This document shows, piece by piece, positions 1 to 10,480 of a DNA stretch of 64,000 nucleotides. The position numbers and the translations under genes were made by a program. Each line of letters opens with the position of its first letter. The stretch's first letter is position 1. The notes beneath the pieces are model-generated. The model had not been told where the DNA came from. It searched no databases and worked only from the letters and a program-made list of their open reading frames with translations. Origin of the DNA: Candidatus Sulfomarinibacteraceae bacterium (GTDB lineage: Bacteria; Acidobacteriota; Thermoanaerobaculia; Thermoanaerobaculales; Sulfomarinibacteraceae); the NCBI GenBank assembly GCA_963714895.1, contig CAVQQC010000022.1:94746-158745 (forward strand), given 5' to 3'.

Positions 1-269
1 GGTACCGCGCCGATGACGAGCTCAAGATGTGGGAGGGCCGGGACCCGATCCTCAGGCTCAGACGCTATCTCGAGCAGCAGGGCCTGTGGGACGACGACCA
101 GGAGGCGGTGCTGCTCGAAGAGGCGCAGGCCTGGGTCGAGGCGCAGGTCGCGTTGCTGGAGGAGATGACTCCGCAGGAACCGGAGGCGATCTTCAACTTC
201 ATGTACGACGAAATGCCGCCCCACGTGGTCGAGCAGATGGCCGCCCTGGCCGAGGAGGTGCAGTCATGA
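1..269 (+). CDS. 2-oxo acid dehydrogenase E1 alpha subunit, C-terminal fragment (5' end outside window)
   Basis: Frame is open from base 3 (YRADDELKMWEGRDPILRLRRYLEQQGLW...), typical of an E1-alpha C-terminus. Its stop overlaps the E1-beta start (ATGA at 266-269). Confidence 0.75.
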   Translation, partial: YRADDELKMWEGRDPILRLRRYLEQQGLWDDDQEAVLLEEAQAWVEAQVALLEEMTPQEPEAIFNFMYDEMPPHVVEQMAALAEEVQS

Positions 270-1295
270 CCTCGTCGAAGGCAGACCGCAAGCTCCGTGC
301 GGTGCCCGAGGTGGCGACCGAAAAGCTGACCATCGCGCAGGCGGTGCGCGACGCCATGCTCGAGGAGATGGAGCGCGACGAGCGGGTCATCGTGCTCGGT
401 GAGGACGTCGGCATCGACGGCGGCGTCTTCCGCGCCACCGACGGTTTGTTCGAACGCTTCGGCGCCGACCGGGTGATCGACACGCCGCTGGCCGAGAGCT
501 CGATCATCGGGATGTCGGTGGGGCTGGCCGCGACCGGCTTCCGACCCATCGCCGAGATCCAGTTCATGGGCTTCGTCTATCCGGCGATCAACCAGCTCTT
601 CGCCCACGCGGCGAGGATGCGCAACCGGACCCGGGGCTCGCTTGAGCTGCCCGATGGTGGTGCGCATGCCCTACGGCGGCGGCATCCACCCACCCGAACA
701 CCACTCGGAGAGCTACGAGGCGCTGTTCCTCAACACCCCGGGTTTCAAGGTGGTCGTTCCGTCGAATCCCTACGACGCCAAGGGGCTGTTGGTCTCCGCG
801 ATCCGCGACGAGGACCCGGTGCTCTTCATGGAGCCGAAGCGGATCTACCGCGCCTTTCGCGAGGCGGTGCCGGCGGAGAGCTACACGGTGCCGATCGGGA
901 AAGCGGCGATCGCCCGCGAGGGCACCGATGTGACGCTGATCGCGTGGGGCGCCATGGTCCGGGTCTGTCTCGACGCCTCCGAGGTCCTGGCGCGCGAGAA
1001 CATCAGCGCCGAGGTCGTCGATCTGCGGACCCTCAACCCGCTCGATCGCGAGACCATGATCGAAAGCGTGGTCAAGACCGGGCGCGCGGTGGTGGTGCAC
1101 GAGGCGCCAAGGACGGGCGGTTTCGGGGCCGAGATCTCGGCCCAGATCAGCGAGCACGCGTTGCTGCAGCTCGAGGCGCCGGTGCAGCGGGTTGCGGGTT
1201 TCGACGTGGTGTTCCCGCTGGCCCACAGCGAGAAGCTCTATCTGCCGTCTCGAGAGCGGATCGTCAAGGCAGTCGAGAAGACGCTCGCCTTCTGA
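266..1295 (+). CDS. 2-oxo acid dehydrogenase E1 beta subunit (one frameshift as assembled)
   Basis: N-terminal part in one frame (LTIAQAVRDAMLEEMERDERVIVLGEDVG...TPLAESSIIGMSVGLA). C-terminal part in the next frame (LSCPMVVRMPYGGGIHPPEHHSES...VVDLRTLNPLD...). The frames join at the CCCGGGG run at about 630-636. Confidence 0.9.
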
Positions 1296-1363
1296 GCGTG
1301 CCGTTCTGAGATCCGCTATCATGTGTCAGCACAACTGAGAGATCCGAAGAAGAGGAGCAGGAG

Positions 1364-2615
1364 ATGGCGTTCGTTTTCAACTTCCCCGATGTGGGTGAAG
1401 GGATCCACGAAGGACGGGTCGTGGAGTGGCTGGTCGCCGAGGGCGACGTGGTCGCCGACGACCAGGCGCTGCTCAAGGTCGAGACCGACAAGGCGGTGGT
1501 CGAGCTGCCGTCCCCCAATGCCGGGACCGTGCTCCGGCTGCACGTGGCTGCGGACGCCGCGATCTTTGTCGGCGATGCGCTGGTGACCATCGGCGAGCCG
1601 GGTGAGGATGCCGGCGGCGAACCCGCCGCAGCGGCCGAGCCGCAGCCCGATGCGCGCGCGGCTGCACCGGCGGCGCAGACTGAGGCCCCGGTCGCGAACG
1701 CGGATGCCAAGAGACCGTTGGCGACGCCGCGCACCCGCGCCCTGGCGCGCAAGCTGGGTGTCGATCTCGCTCACGTGCGAGGTTCCGGTTCAGGCGGGCG
1801 CATCACCGACGAGGACGTTCAGCGCGCCTCCGAGGGGGGCGGTACCGGCGCCCGCACCGGCGGTGACGAAGGCGTCCGCTCCCGCGGGGGTGACCGCAGC
1901 AACCGTCGACGGCGAGGTGGAGCGGGTGCCGATCACCCACCTCCGCAAGGTCATCGCCAACGCCATGCGCTACTCGAAACAGAACTCGGCCCACGTGACC
2001 CACGTCGACGAAGCCGACGTCACCGATCTCATGGACCACTACCGCCGCGCCAAACCGGTGATCGAGGAGCGCACCGGCGTCCGTTTCACGGTGCTGCCCT
2101 TCTTCATCAAGGCGCTGGTGGCGACGCTCAAGAAGTACCCGATCTTCAACGCCTCGGTCGACGAGGAACGGCAGGAGATCCTGTTCAAGAAGTACTACAA
2201 CATCGGGATCGCGGTGGACACGCCGGAAGGGCTGATCGTGCCGGTGATCCGCAACGCCGACCGCAAGGACATGGTCGAGATCGCGGCCGAGGTCGCCGAC
2301 AAGGCCGAACGCGCCCGCGACCGGCAGCTCACGCTCGACGAGCTCAAGGGCGGCACCTGCACCATCACCAACATCGGCCCGTTGGGCGGGGTGTTCGCGA
2401 CGCCGATCATCAACCAGCCGGAGCTGGCCATCGTCGGGCTGCACGCCATCAAGGAACGGCCGGAGGTCGTGGACGGCGAGATCGCGATCCGCAAGATGAT
2501 GTATCTCAGTCTTTCGTTCGATCACCGCTATGTCGACGGCGCCGAGGCCGCGAGGTTCATGAGCGACCTCGTGCGTCTGGTGTCGCAACCGATGTTGCTG
2601 ATGGCGAGGTTGTAA
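1364..2615 (+). CDS. Dihydrolipoamide acyltransferase E2 (one frameshift as assembled)
   Basis: Lipoyl domain (LLKVETDKAVVELPSP), E3-binding domain (ATPRTRALARKLGVDLAHVRGSGSGGRITDEDV) and catalytic domain (LSLSFDHRYVDGAEAARF). The frame changes at the G6 run 1834-1839. Confidence 0.9.
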
Positions 2616-4030
2616 TGGTTGTAGGTTCTGTTTCCCGCGGGTGTCAGGTAGTTGTGATCGGCGCAGGTCCGGGCGGTTACGTGGCCGCCATCCGGCTCGC
2701 CCAGCTCGGCAAGGACGTCATTCTGGTGGAGAAGAACCCGACCCTCGGCGGTGTCTGCCTCAACGTCGGCTGCATCCCCTCGAAGGCCATGATCCACGCC
2801 GCGGACCTCGCCCACGAGATCCGCCACGCGGGCAACATGGGTCTCACGGTCGAGGGGCTGACGGTGGACCTGCCGAAGATGGTCGAGTGGAAGGACGGCA
2901 TCGTCACCCGTCTCACCACGGGCGTCGAGTTCCTGTGCAAGGGCAACGGCGTCGACGTCGTGAGCGGTGCGGCCGAGTTTCTGAGCGACCGGTCGCTGGC
3001 GGTGTCCACCGACGAAGGGCGCATCGAGATCGAGTTCGAGCAGGCGGTGATCGCCACCGGTTCGCGGCCGATGCAGCTCGATGGCTTCCCGCACGACGGC
3101 GTCAGGATCATCGGTTCGACCGAGGCCCTGTCGCTGCAAAGCGTGCCCGAGCGTCTCGTGATCATCGGCGCCGGCTATATCGGCCTCGAGCTCGGTACCG
3201 TCTACGCCAAGCTCGGCTCGAAGGTGTCGGTGGTGGAGTTTCTGCCCAAGGTCGTTCCGAACCTCGACCCCGAGGTCGGCAAGGCCCTGACCCGCCAGCT
3301 CAAGAAGCTCGGAGTCACGCTGCACCTCAGCCACCGCGCCGAGGCCTTCGAGCCCGGCGACCCGTCGATCGTGGTGGCCCGCGGACCCAAGGACGAGGAA
3401 TTGCGGCTCGAAGCCGACGTCGTGATGATGACGGTGGGCCGGGTTCCCAATACCGAGAACATCGGGCTCGAGGCGGCGGGCGTCACGACCGATGCCAAGG
3501 GCTTCATCACGGTCAACGACCGCATGCAGACCTCGGCCGCAGGCATCTACGCCATCGGCGACGTGGTCGGCGGCGCCCTGCTCGCCCACAAGGCCTACCA
3601 GGAGGGCAAGGTCGCTGCGGATGTCATCGCCGGAGAACCGGCGGCCTTCGACAGCTTCGTCCCGGCGGTGATCTACACCGACCCCGAGGTGGCGTGGGTC
3701 GGACTCGGCGAGGAAGAGGCGAAGGAAAAGGGCTACGACGTCGTCACCGGCGCCTTCCAGTTCAAGGCCTCGGGCCGCGCCATGTCCCTCGACTCGACCG
3801 ACGGCTTCGTCAAGGCCATCGCCGACGCCGGCACCAAGCAGCTGCTGGGAATCGTCGCGGTCGGCCGCGGGGTCAGCGAGTTCATCGGCGAGGCCACTCT
3901 GGCCCTCGAGATGGGCGCCTTCCTCGAGGACGTGGCCCTCACTATCCATCCCCACCCGACCATGTCCGAGGCCCTGCAGGAGGCGATCGAGGGCGCCCTC
4001 GGGCAGGCGGTGCATATGGTGAATAAGTAG
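2615..4030 (+). CDS. lpdA: Dihydrolipoyl dehydrogenase E3
   Basis: [24 protein letters not shown] motif, redox-active [15 protein letters not shown]-terminal [13 protein letters not shown] overlap with the E2 stop. Confidence 0.92.
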   Translation: MVVGSVSRGCQVVVIGAGPGGYVAAIRLAQLGKDVILVEKNPTLGGVCLNVGCIPSKAMIHAADLAHEIRHAGNMGLTVEGLTVDLPKMVEWKDGIVTRLTTGVEFLCKGNGVDVVSGAAEFLSDRSLAVSTDEGRIEIEFEQAVIATGSRPMQLDGFPHDGVRIIGSTEALSLQSVPERLVIIGAGYIGLELGTVYAKLGSKVSVVEFLPKVVPNLDPEVGKALTRQLKKLGVTLHLSHRAEAFEPGDPSIVVARGPKDEELRLEADVVMMTVGRVPNTENIGLEAAGVTTDAKGFITVNDRMQTSAAGIYAIGDVVGGALLAHKAYQEGKVAADVIAGEPAAFDSFVPAVIYTDPEVAWVGLGEEEAKEKGYDVVTGAFQFKASGRAMSLDSTDGFVKAIADAGTKQLLGIVAVGRGVSEFIGEATLALEMGAFLEDVALTIHPHPTMSEALQEAIEGALGQAVHMVNK

Positions 4031-4134
4031 AATTCGGATTTCGGATTTCGGATTTCGGATTTGCCTTCGGCCCCGTTCACGGGCGGAGGGCGGGGGCTGG
4101 AAATCCGAAATCCGAAATCCGAAATCCGAAATTG
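4031..4134. repeat. Inverted tandem-heptamer element: (CGGATTT)4 ... (AAATCCG)4 around a spacer of about 38 nt
   Basis: Read directly: aattcggatttcggatttcggatttcggattt ... ggaaatccgaaatccgaaatccgaaatccgaaatt. Lies between lpdA and tdk, so a possible terminator hairpin. Confidence 0.85.
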
Positions 4135-4170
4135 ATCCCTGCTAATCTGTACGCCTCGAAGGGAGCGCGG

Positions 4171-4797
4171 ATGAATCCAACCCGTCCTGGTGCAGGCTGG
4201 ATCGAGGTCATTGCCGGGCCCATGTTTTCGGGCAAGTCGGAGGAGCTGATCCGGCTCCTCAAGCGGGCGATGATCGCCCGCCAGAGGGTCCAGGTCTTCA
4301 AACCGAGGCTCGACAACCGCTACTCGGAGGGGGATGTGGTCTCCCACTCGCAGATGCGGGTGCCGTGCGAGTTGGTGGAGCGCGCGGACGAGATCAGACC
4401 GCGGCTCGATCCCCGAACCGAGGTCGTCGGCATCGACGAGGCGCAGTTCTTCGACGATGCGCTGCCCGGAGTGTGCGGGCACCTGGCCAACCTCGGCAAG
4501 AGGGTCATCGTCGCCGGTCTCGACATGGACTACCGCGGGGTGCCCTTCGGACCCATGCCGAGACTCCTGGCGGTGGCGGAAGAGGTCCACAAGATCCACG
4601 CCATCTGCACCTGCTGCGGATCCCCGGCCGCCTACACCCAACGCCTGATCGAGTCCGACGAACTTGTGGTGGTCGGCGCCACGGGAGCTTACGAAGCCCG
4701 TTGCCGGCGCTGCCACGAGCCCGAGGGCGCGCCGCCGGCCTCCGAGCCGTGGTTGTTCCAGTCGACCGACGCCGTGGACGGGGAGCCCGAAAGTTGA
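4171..4797 (+). CDS. tdk: Thymidine kinase
   Basis: [14 protein letters not shown]-loop, [11 protein letters not shown]-terminal zinc motif CTCCG...CRRCH. GGGAG ribosome-binding site upstream of the ATG at 4171. Confidence 0.9.
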   Translation: MNPTRPGAGWIEVIAGPMFSGKSEELIRLLKRAMIARQRVQVFKPRLDNRYSEGDVVSHSQMRVPCELVERADEIRPRLDPRTEVVGIDEAQFFDDALPGVCGHLANLGKRVIVAGLDMDYRGVPFGPMPRLLAVAEEVHKIHAICTCCGSPAAYTQRLIESDELVVVGATGAYEARCRRCHEPEGAPPASEPWLFQSTDAVDGEPES

Positions 4798-6783
4798 GAC
4801 TTCGCGCGCGATGGTGGTGGCTCACAGGAGCGGTCATCATCGTGACCACAGCGGCCACCCTGGCCATCGCCCCGGAATCCGGGTTCGCACAGCTGGTGTT
4901 CGCCCTATCGCTCCTGTGGGCCGTTCTCAGTGCCTTTTGGGTGGGCATCAGGGTCTGGCGGTGGATGACCTATCGGGTCGGCGTGCGCCTGTTCGTCACC
5001 TATCTGGGGGTCGGGGTGCTGCCGGTGCTCTTTGCCATCACCTTCGGGATGGCGGGTCTCTACATCCTGATGGGCCAGTACACCTCGGTGCAATTGGGTT
5101 CGGAACTCCGCCGGGTGCGCTGGGAGCTCGCACACCAGTGCGACTCGGTTCTGCAGCGGGCGGAGCTCCAGGGCGTCGATTCCGCCGTCGGGCTGCTCGA
5201 AGAGTTCGCGGCAGCCACCCACGAACCGTTGCCGCAGGTCGTGTGGCAGGCGCGGTTCGGTGATCGGATTGTCGGTCTGGAGGGCGGCGAAGACCTGCCG
5301 GAAATAGACTGGCTCACGGCAAGCGAGCGCGACCTGACGGCTCGATACGGCGATCGAGCTTTCGGCGTTGTCTCCTCGGCTTCCGCCGCCGGAGATCGGG
5401 TGACGGCGCTTATCCCCTTGGACGAGGCCTCTTCTCGTGCCATCAGCAGTGAGTGGTGGTTTGACGTCGCGTTTCTGGTCGAGAACGGTGGCGGCGAGGG
5501 CGGAGACGCCGAAGACGCCGAGAATGAAATCGAGATCTCGACCGCCCGGCGAGGGACCATGAATTTCTCCGTGAGTGGTCGCGAGGTTTCTGGGAGCGAC
5601 CTCTGGCCCCAGTGGTCAGAGGAGGGCTCGTCACTTCTCGCCCAACCGTGGGTGGTGTGGTTTCGAGTCGAGCCCGACCTGGTCGATCTGGCGACCGGTG
5701 AGCCGCTCGAGGGCGCCAGTTTGCTGGCGCTGCTGCGGACCTCTCCGGTCAAAGTCTGGGAGGATTTCACCCTTTCCCGCTACGAGCTCGGGCGCGAACT
5801 GTGGGGCGTCCTGGCGGGTCTCGCGGCTTTCTTTCTCGTCGGCTACGGGCTGGCGCTGGCGGCCGCGGCGGCGGTTGTCTTCTCCATCGCCCGATCGACT
5901 TCGAGGCTGACCCAGGGTGCGCGGCAGGTGGAGCGGGGGAACCTCGATCACCGGGTGCCGGTCAAACGCTCAGACCAGCTCGGCGACCTCGCGCGGTCGT
6001 TCAACCACATGACCGATGCGGTGCAGTCGATGCTGGTGGACGTCGCCGAGAAGGAGCGGCTGGCGCGCGAGCTCGAGCTCGCCCGCGAGATCCAACAGAG
6101 CCTGCTGCCGGCCCGCCGCCTCGAGCTGGGGCGGCTTCGCGTGCGCGCCACCTTTCAACCGGCGGCCGAGGTCGGCGGCGACTACTTCGACGTTTTCTCG
6201 GTGGCGGACGATCGCCTCGTGGTCACCGTGGGCGATGTCGCGGGCCACGGCCTTTCCACCGGGCTCCTGATGGCGAGCCTCAAGTCGTCGGTTGCGGCGT
6301 TGGTGCACGAGGGCTACGCGGGATCGGAGCTGATCGACAAGGCCAACCGGTTGTTGATGGGGCACGGCCGGGCGCGGACGATGGTCACCATGGTGGTCGT
6401 CGACGTGGATCCTGTGCGGGGGCGCCTCGCGCTGGCCAATGCGGGGCACCCGCCGCCCTTCCTGATCCGCCGCGACCGCGGTCCCCGCGAGCTCCTTGCG
6501 GGCGCCCTCCCGATGGGCAACCGCTTGTGCAGCCCGGCGTCGACGGAGTGCGACTTCCCCGACGGTGCACGCCTGTTTCGTGTATTCGGACGGGTTGGTC
6601 GAGGCGGTCGCGGCGGACGGCGAGCCGTTCGGCTACGACCGTCTGCTTCGACTGCTCGAAGAGAACGCCGACCTCGACGGCGACGCCTTGATTGCCCGCG
6701 TCCTCGAGGCTCTCGCCGACTACACCGCGGGTGTGCCGCTGGCCGACGACCTGACGCTTCTCGTGGTCGAACGATGCGACTGA
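4794..6783 (+). CDS. Membrane sensor with HAMP domain and PP2C (SpoIIE/RsbU-type) phosphatase (one frameshift as assembled)
   Basis: TTG start overlapping the tdk stop, N-terminal TM helices, HAMP ([17 protein letters not shown]), PP2C motifs ([35 protein letters not shown]). The frame changes at the TTT run at about 6576-6578. Confidence 0.75.
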
Positions 6784-6926
6784 TCATGGAGCGCCTCGTC
6801 AGCAACGCTCGTGAGCGGGTTTGCGGGCGGTCGCAAACAAATGGGAGGGGATAAAAACCCTTCCCCTACGATCGTAAATGATGCGAGAGGCTGCATTTCG
6901 AACGGGCGTCGTATCATGGAAGGGTC

Positions 6927-9560
6927 ATGATCAAGGAACTGCGCCCCGGGATGAAGATCTGGAGGTTCAGCCTCCAGCGGCGGCTGGCTCGCGGCGGCAT
7001 GGGCACCGTGTGGGCGGCGTGGGACGAGCGTCTGGACCGGGAGGTGGCCCTCAAACTGCTGCCGCGGGTGCTGGTGACCGAACCGTCCGCCGAGGCCCGG
7101 TTCGAACGCGAAGCGTTGGCGATGGCCAGGCTCCAACACCCCAACGTGGTCGCCATCTTCGACATCGGCACCTTCGACCCCGGGGTCGGCGAAGAATTGC
7201 CGTATCTCGTCATGGAGCTGATCCACGGCAGTTCGCTCAACGAGATGTTGACCGAAGGCGCGCTGCCGGCACGTCTGGCGGCACGGATCATCGAGCAGGT
7301 GGGGTTGGCTCTGTCCGCCGCGCACAAGGTCGGGGTCATCCACCGCGATCTCAAGCCCTCCAACATCATGGTCGGAGACGGGGGCCACGTCACCGTTCTC
7401 GACTTCGGACTCGCGCGTCTTGCGGATCGGGATGGCGAGACCCCGGTCGAGACCTTGACCTCGCCGGGTATGGTCCTCGGCAGTTGTCCCTACATGGCGC
7501 CGGAGCAGGCCCTCGGTCAGGGCGTGACCCAGGCCTCGGATATTTTTTCCTGCGGGGCGGTGCTGTACGAGTGTCTGTCGGGCACCCGTGCTTTTGACGG
7601 TCCGACTCCGATGAAGGTCCTGCAGGCGGTGGTGAGGACCGAGTACCCGCCGTTGCAGGAGGTCGCTCCATACGTGCCCTCTGAACTGGTGGCGGTGGTC
7701 GAACGCTGTCTGGAGAAGGATCCGGGGAAACGTTACCGGACCTGTGCCGACCTCGCACACGATCTCGCGGTGTTTCAAGGCACCGACGCGGTGAGCCTCG
7801 CGGAGGCCCCGACCATGGCCATCAGTTCGGGCAAGCTGGAGGCCGTGGTTGCGAAACGCCGGCGGCTCGCGATCCGCGGCGCGGCGATCGCGGGGGTCGC
7901 GTTGGCGGTGGGGCTGTCAGGGGGCCTGTTGGGCGGCCGCCTCGGCACCGAGCCGCTGCGCCCGGATCCCGGACGGTGGGAGGCGCGGGCTGTGATGGAC
8001 ACGGTCGGCACGCTGGTCGATCCGTCGTGGCGCCCGGACGGATCCGAAATCGTGGTGGCCCGAAACCAGGTCGGCGTCAGTGAAATTCTCGCGGTCGATC
8101 CGTCGACCGGAAACACCCGCACCCTCCTCGAGGCGGAACCTCCGGAGATTCTCAGCTCGCCGCGAGTGTCGCCGGACGGCAAGGCCATGTTGGTGGAGGT
8201 TGTGGTCGCAGGCGAACCGGCAATCCGGGTTTTCCCGGCCGTCGGCGGGCAGGCGACGACCGAGGTCATCAACGCCGTGGGGGCGACCTGGGTTGATGCC
8301 GGTTCGTTTCTGTTTTCCCGTGAGGAGGTTGAGGGCTTCGGTCTGTACCGCTACTCGCTGAGCCGGCGGGAAACCACGAGGCTGCGCGCAGCCGAGGGCG
8401 CCGTGTCGTGGTTGAGCGCACAACCTCGACCGGGCGGAGGGTTCGCCCTGTTGTCGGGATCTTCGGGGATTCCCAATGGCCTCTTCGTCGTCAACGAGAT
8501 CGACTCGAAACCGCAGACCTGGCAAGCGCCCGACAAGCAGATCTTCGGTACGTCGTGGGCGCCCTCCGGACGCTCGCTGGTGGCGTCGATCGAAGGCCGG
8601 TTGGTGCGGATCACGGCCGAGGGGTCGCTGCCGTTGATCCCGAGAATCGACCGTCTGTGGCATCCGGCCTTTTCGCCGTCGGCGGAGAGGCTGGCGGTTG
8701 TCCGCAGGAGCTCCACCAACGATCTGGTGGCGGTCGACCCCGACGGCGGTGGTTGGAGATGTCTTCTGTGCGGTGTCGCGGACAGCGGGTGGGGGAGTGT
8801 CGATGCCAACGGGGTGGTCGTGTATCGACGCTACATGGCGGGCAGCGCGACCCTGTTTTTACGAGAACAATCGGGGGTCGAGGCGGCTGTGAGCGATCCG
8901 GCTGAAGACGCGTCCTGCCCGTCGCTGTCGCCGGACGGGGGCCGGATCGCCTATCTGGCGCGGGTGCCCGAAAGCGGTACGGAACTGCGGGTCGTGGCGA
9001 GGTCCGGCGGCCAGCCGGTGACCCTGGCGGCCGATGTCGAGTCATCCGAGTACCCCAGCTGGTCGCCCGACGGGCGGTTCATCACCTTTGCCGCCGGTTC
9101 TCCGGTCAAGGTGATGGTGGTCCCCGCATCGGGCGGGCAGCCCCGGGAACTGACGCCGAACGGCGGCGACTATCCGCAGTGGAGCCCCGACGGCCGTTGG
9201 ATCGCCTATTCGGTGTGGACCCAGGATTCCGACCCCGACCAGGGCGCCTGGGTGGTCGAGGCCGAGGGTGGAGCGCCGGTCATGATCGGCCGCGAGGCGA
9301 CGCGGATGGTGTGGAGCCGGGATGGCGATCTTCTGTGGCAGCTGCGGCGCGTCGGAGACTCGATCGAACTCTGGGAGGCGGAAACCGGCGTGTGGAACTG
9401 GCGGCGGCGTTCGATCCTCGATCTCGGGCGGCCCGCCGTGTCGCACCTCGAGCACCTGCCGCTGACGGTCAATCCGGCCACCGGCGAGCTGGTCATGAAC
9501 CGGCGCACCAATCTCGCGAGCCTCCTGGTTTTCGAGGGTGTCGACCCGGCGCGGTGGTAG
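6927..9560 (+). CDS. Ser/Thr protein kinase with a TM segment and C-terminal TolB-like beta-propeller repeats
   Basis: GGMGTVWAA...VALK, HRDLKPSNIMV, DFGLA, then a TM helix and repeated SPDG/WSPDG propeller blades. Confidence 0.85.
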   Translation: MIKELRPGMKIWRFSLQRRLARGGMGTVWAAWDERLDREVALKLLPRVLVTEPSAEARFEREALAMARLQHPNVVAIFDIGTFDPGVGEELPYLVMELIHGSSLNEMLTEGALPARLAARIIEQVGLALSAAHKVGVIHRDLKPSNIMVGDGGHVTVLDFGLARLADRDGETPVETLTSPGMVLGSCPYMAPEQALGQGVTQASDIFSCGAVLYECLSGTRAFDGPTPMKVLQAVVRTEYPPLQEVAPYVPSELVAVVERCLEKDPGKRYRTCADLAHDLAVFQGTDAVSLAEAPTMAISSGKLEAVVAKRRRLAIRGAAIAGVALAVGLSGGLLGGRLGTEPLRPDPGRWEARAVMDTVGTLVDPSWRPDGSEIVVARNQVGVSEILAVDPSTGNTRTLLEAEPPEILSSPRVSPDGKAMLVEVVVAGEPAIRVFPAVGGQATTEVINAVGATWVDAGSFLFSREEVEGFGLYRYSLSRRETTRLRAAEGAVSWLSAQPRPGGGFALLSGSSGIPNGLFVVNEIDSKPQTWQAPDKQIFGTSWAPSGRSLVASIEGRLVRITAEGSLPLIPRIDRLWHPAFSPSAERLAVVRRSSTNDLVAVDPDGGGWRCLLCGVADSGWGSVDANGVVVYRRYMAGSATLFLREQSGVEAAVSDPAEDASCPSLSPDGGRIAYLARVPESGTELRVVARSGGQPVTLAADVESSEYPSWSPDGRFITFAAGSPVKVMVVPASGGQPRELTPNGGDYPQWSPDGRWIAYSVWTQDSDPDQGAWVVEAEGGAPVMIGREATRMVWSRDGDLLWQLRRVGDSIELWEAETGVWNWRRRSILDLGRPAVSHLEHLPLTVNPATGELVMNRRTNLASLLVFEGVDPARW

Positions 9561-9780
9561 AACCGGCCTCGAATTTTTCCCGTAAACCTATTCCTTCGAG
9601 TGGCTTCAATACCGATTTCGAGGTAGCTCCCGGACCGGCGGTGGGGCTTGGGGAATTCCGCGCCATCCGCGGACGTACTGTCACATGAGTGTCGTTCTTG
9701 AATACCCGTTGCGACGGTGGTAGATTCGGCTGGTGCCGGCGCCCGCCTACGGGGCGACACGGAGAAATGGAGGATATTTG

Positions 9781-10251
9781 ATGAGAAGCAAGACTCTTTG
9801 GACGGCTTTCGCACTGACGGCCATGGTGTTGGTTACGTTCTCCGCCCAGGCGGGTGACCACGAGTACGTCGGTGCTGACAAGTGCAAGATGTGCCACAAG
9901 GTGCAGTACTCGTCATGGGAGACCACGACGCACGCCAAGGCGACCGAGTCGGCCAAGGCCTCGACCGAGCGCGCCTTCACCCCCGACTGCCTCAAGTGCC
10001 ACGCCACCAACGCCAGCGAGGACTTCGCAGGTGTGCAGTGCGAGGCCTGCCACGGTGCGGGCGGCGACTACAAGAAGATGAGCATCATGAAGGACGCGGA
10101 AGCCGCCAAGGCCAACGGGCTGGTGATCCCGACCCAGGCGACCTGCGACGGCTGCCACACCGGCGCCGATCACGCCAAGAAGGTCGTGCTGGCCGACAAT
10201 ATCAACAACAAGGCCGCCATCCACGAGTTCAAGAATCCGCCGGGCGAGTAA
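9781..10251 (+). CDS. Periplasmic tetraheme c-type cytochrome
   Basis: Signal peptide plus four CxxCH motifs (CKMCH, CLKCH, CEACH, CDGCH). GGAGG upstream of the ATG at 9781. Confidence 0.8.
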   Translation: MRSKTLWTAFALTAMVLVTFSAQAGDHEYVGADKCKMCHKVQYSSWETTTHAKATESAKASTERAFTPDCLKCHATNASEDFAGVQCEACHGAGGDYKKMSIMKDAEAAKANGLVIPTQATCDGCHTGADHAKKVVLADNINNKAAIHEFKNPPGE

Positions 10252-10271
10252 GCTCGTCACTCTGTGACTCG

Positions 10272-10302
10272 CAAAAGCGCGGCTTCGGCCGCGCTTTTTT
10301 TT
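10272..10302 (+). terminator. Rho-independent terminator
   Basis: aaaaGCGCGGCttcgGCCGCGCttttttttt directly after the cytochrome c stop. Confidence 0.8.
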
Positions 10303-10307
10303 GGCGT

Positions 10308-10420
10308 GAGGCTTGGGGCTTGAGGCTTGAAATCCGAACTGAGGTTACGGAGCGCCAACTCCGCAGGGCCCCAGGCCCCAAGCCCCAGGTCTCAAGCCCC
10401 AGGCCCCAAGCCCCAAGCCC
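10308..10420. repeat. Inverted tandem-heptamer element (GGGGCTT)n ... (AAGCCCC)n
   Basis: gaggcttggggcttgaggcttga ... ccccaggccccaagccccaggtctcaagccccaggccccaagccccaagccc. Confidence 0.7.
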
Positions 10421-10480
10421 TTCTTGGCATCCCCCGGGAGGCCGTGTATCGTGCTCTATCGCTGCCGCGAGCGGAGGACC

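Noticed and set aside
1364-4030. 888-aa ORF suggesting an E2-E3 fusion protein.
   Set aside because: This is an artefact. After the G6-run frameshift at about 1836, the out-of-frame E2 reading happens to stay open until it enters the genuine lpdA frame. The true E2 catalytic domain is in the 1602-2615 frame with its own stop.
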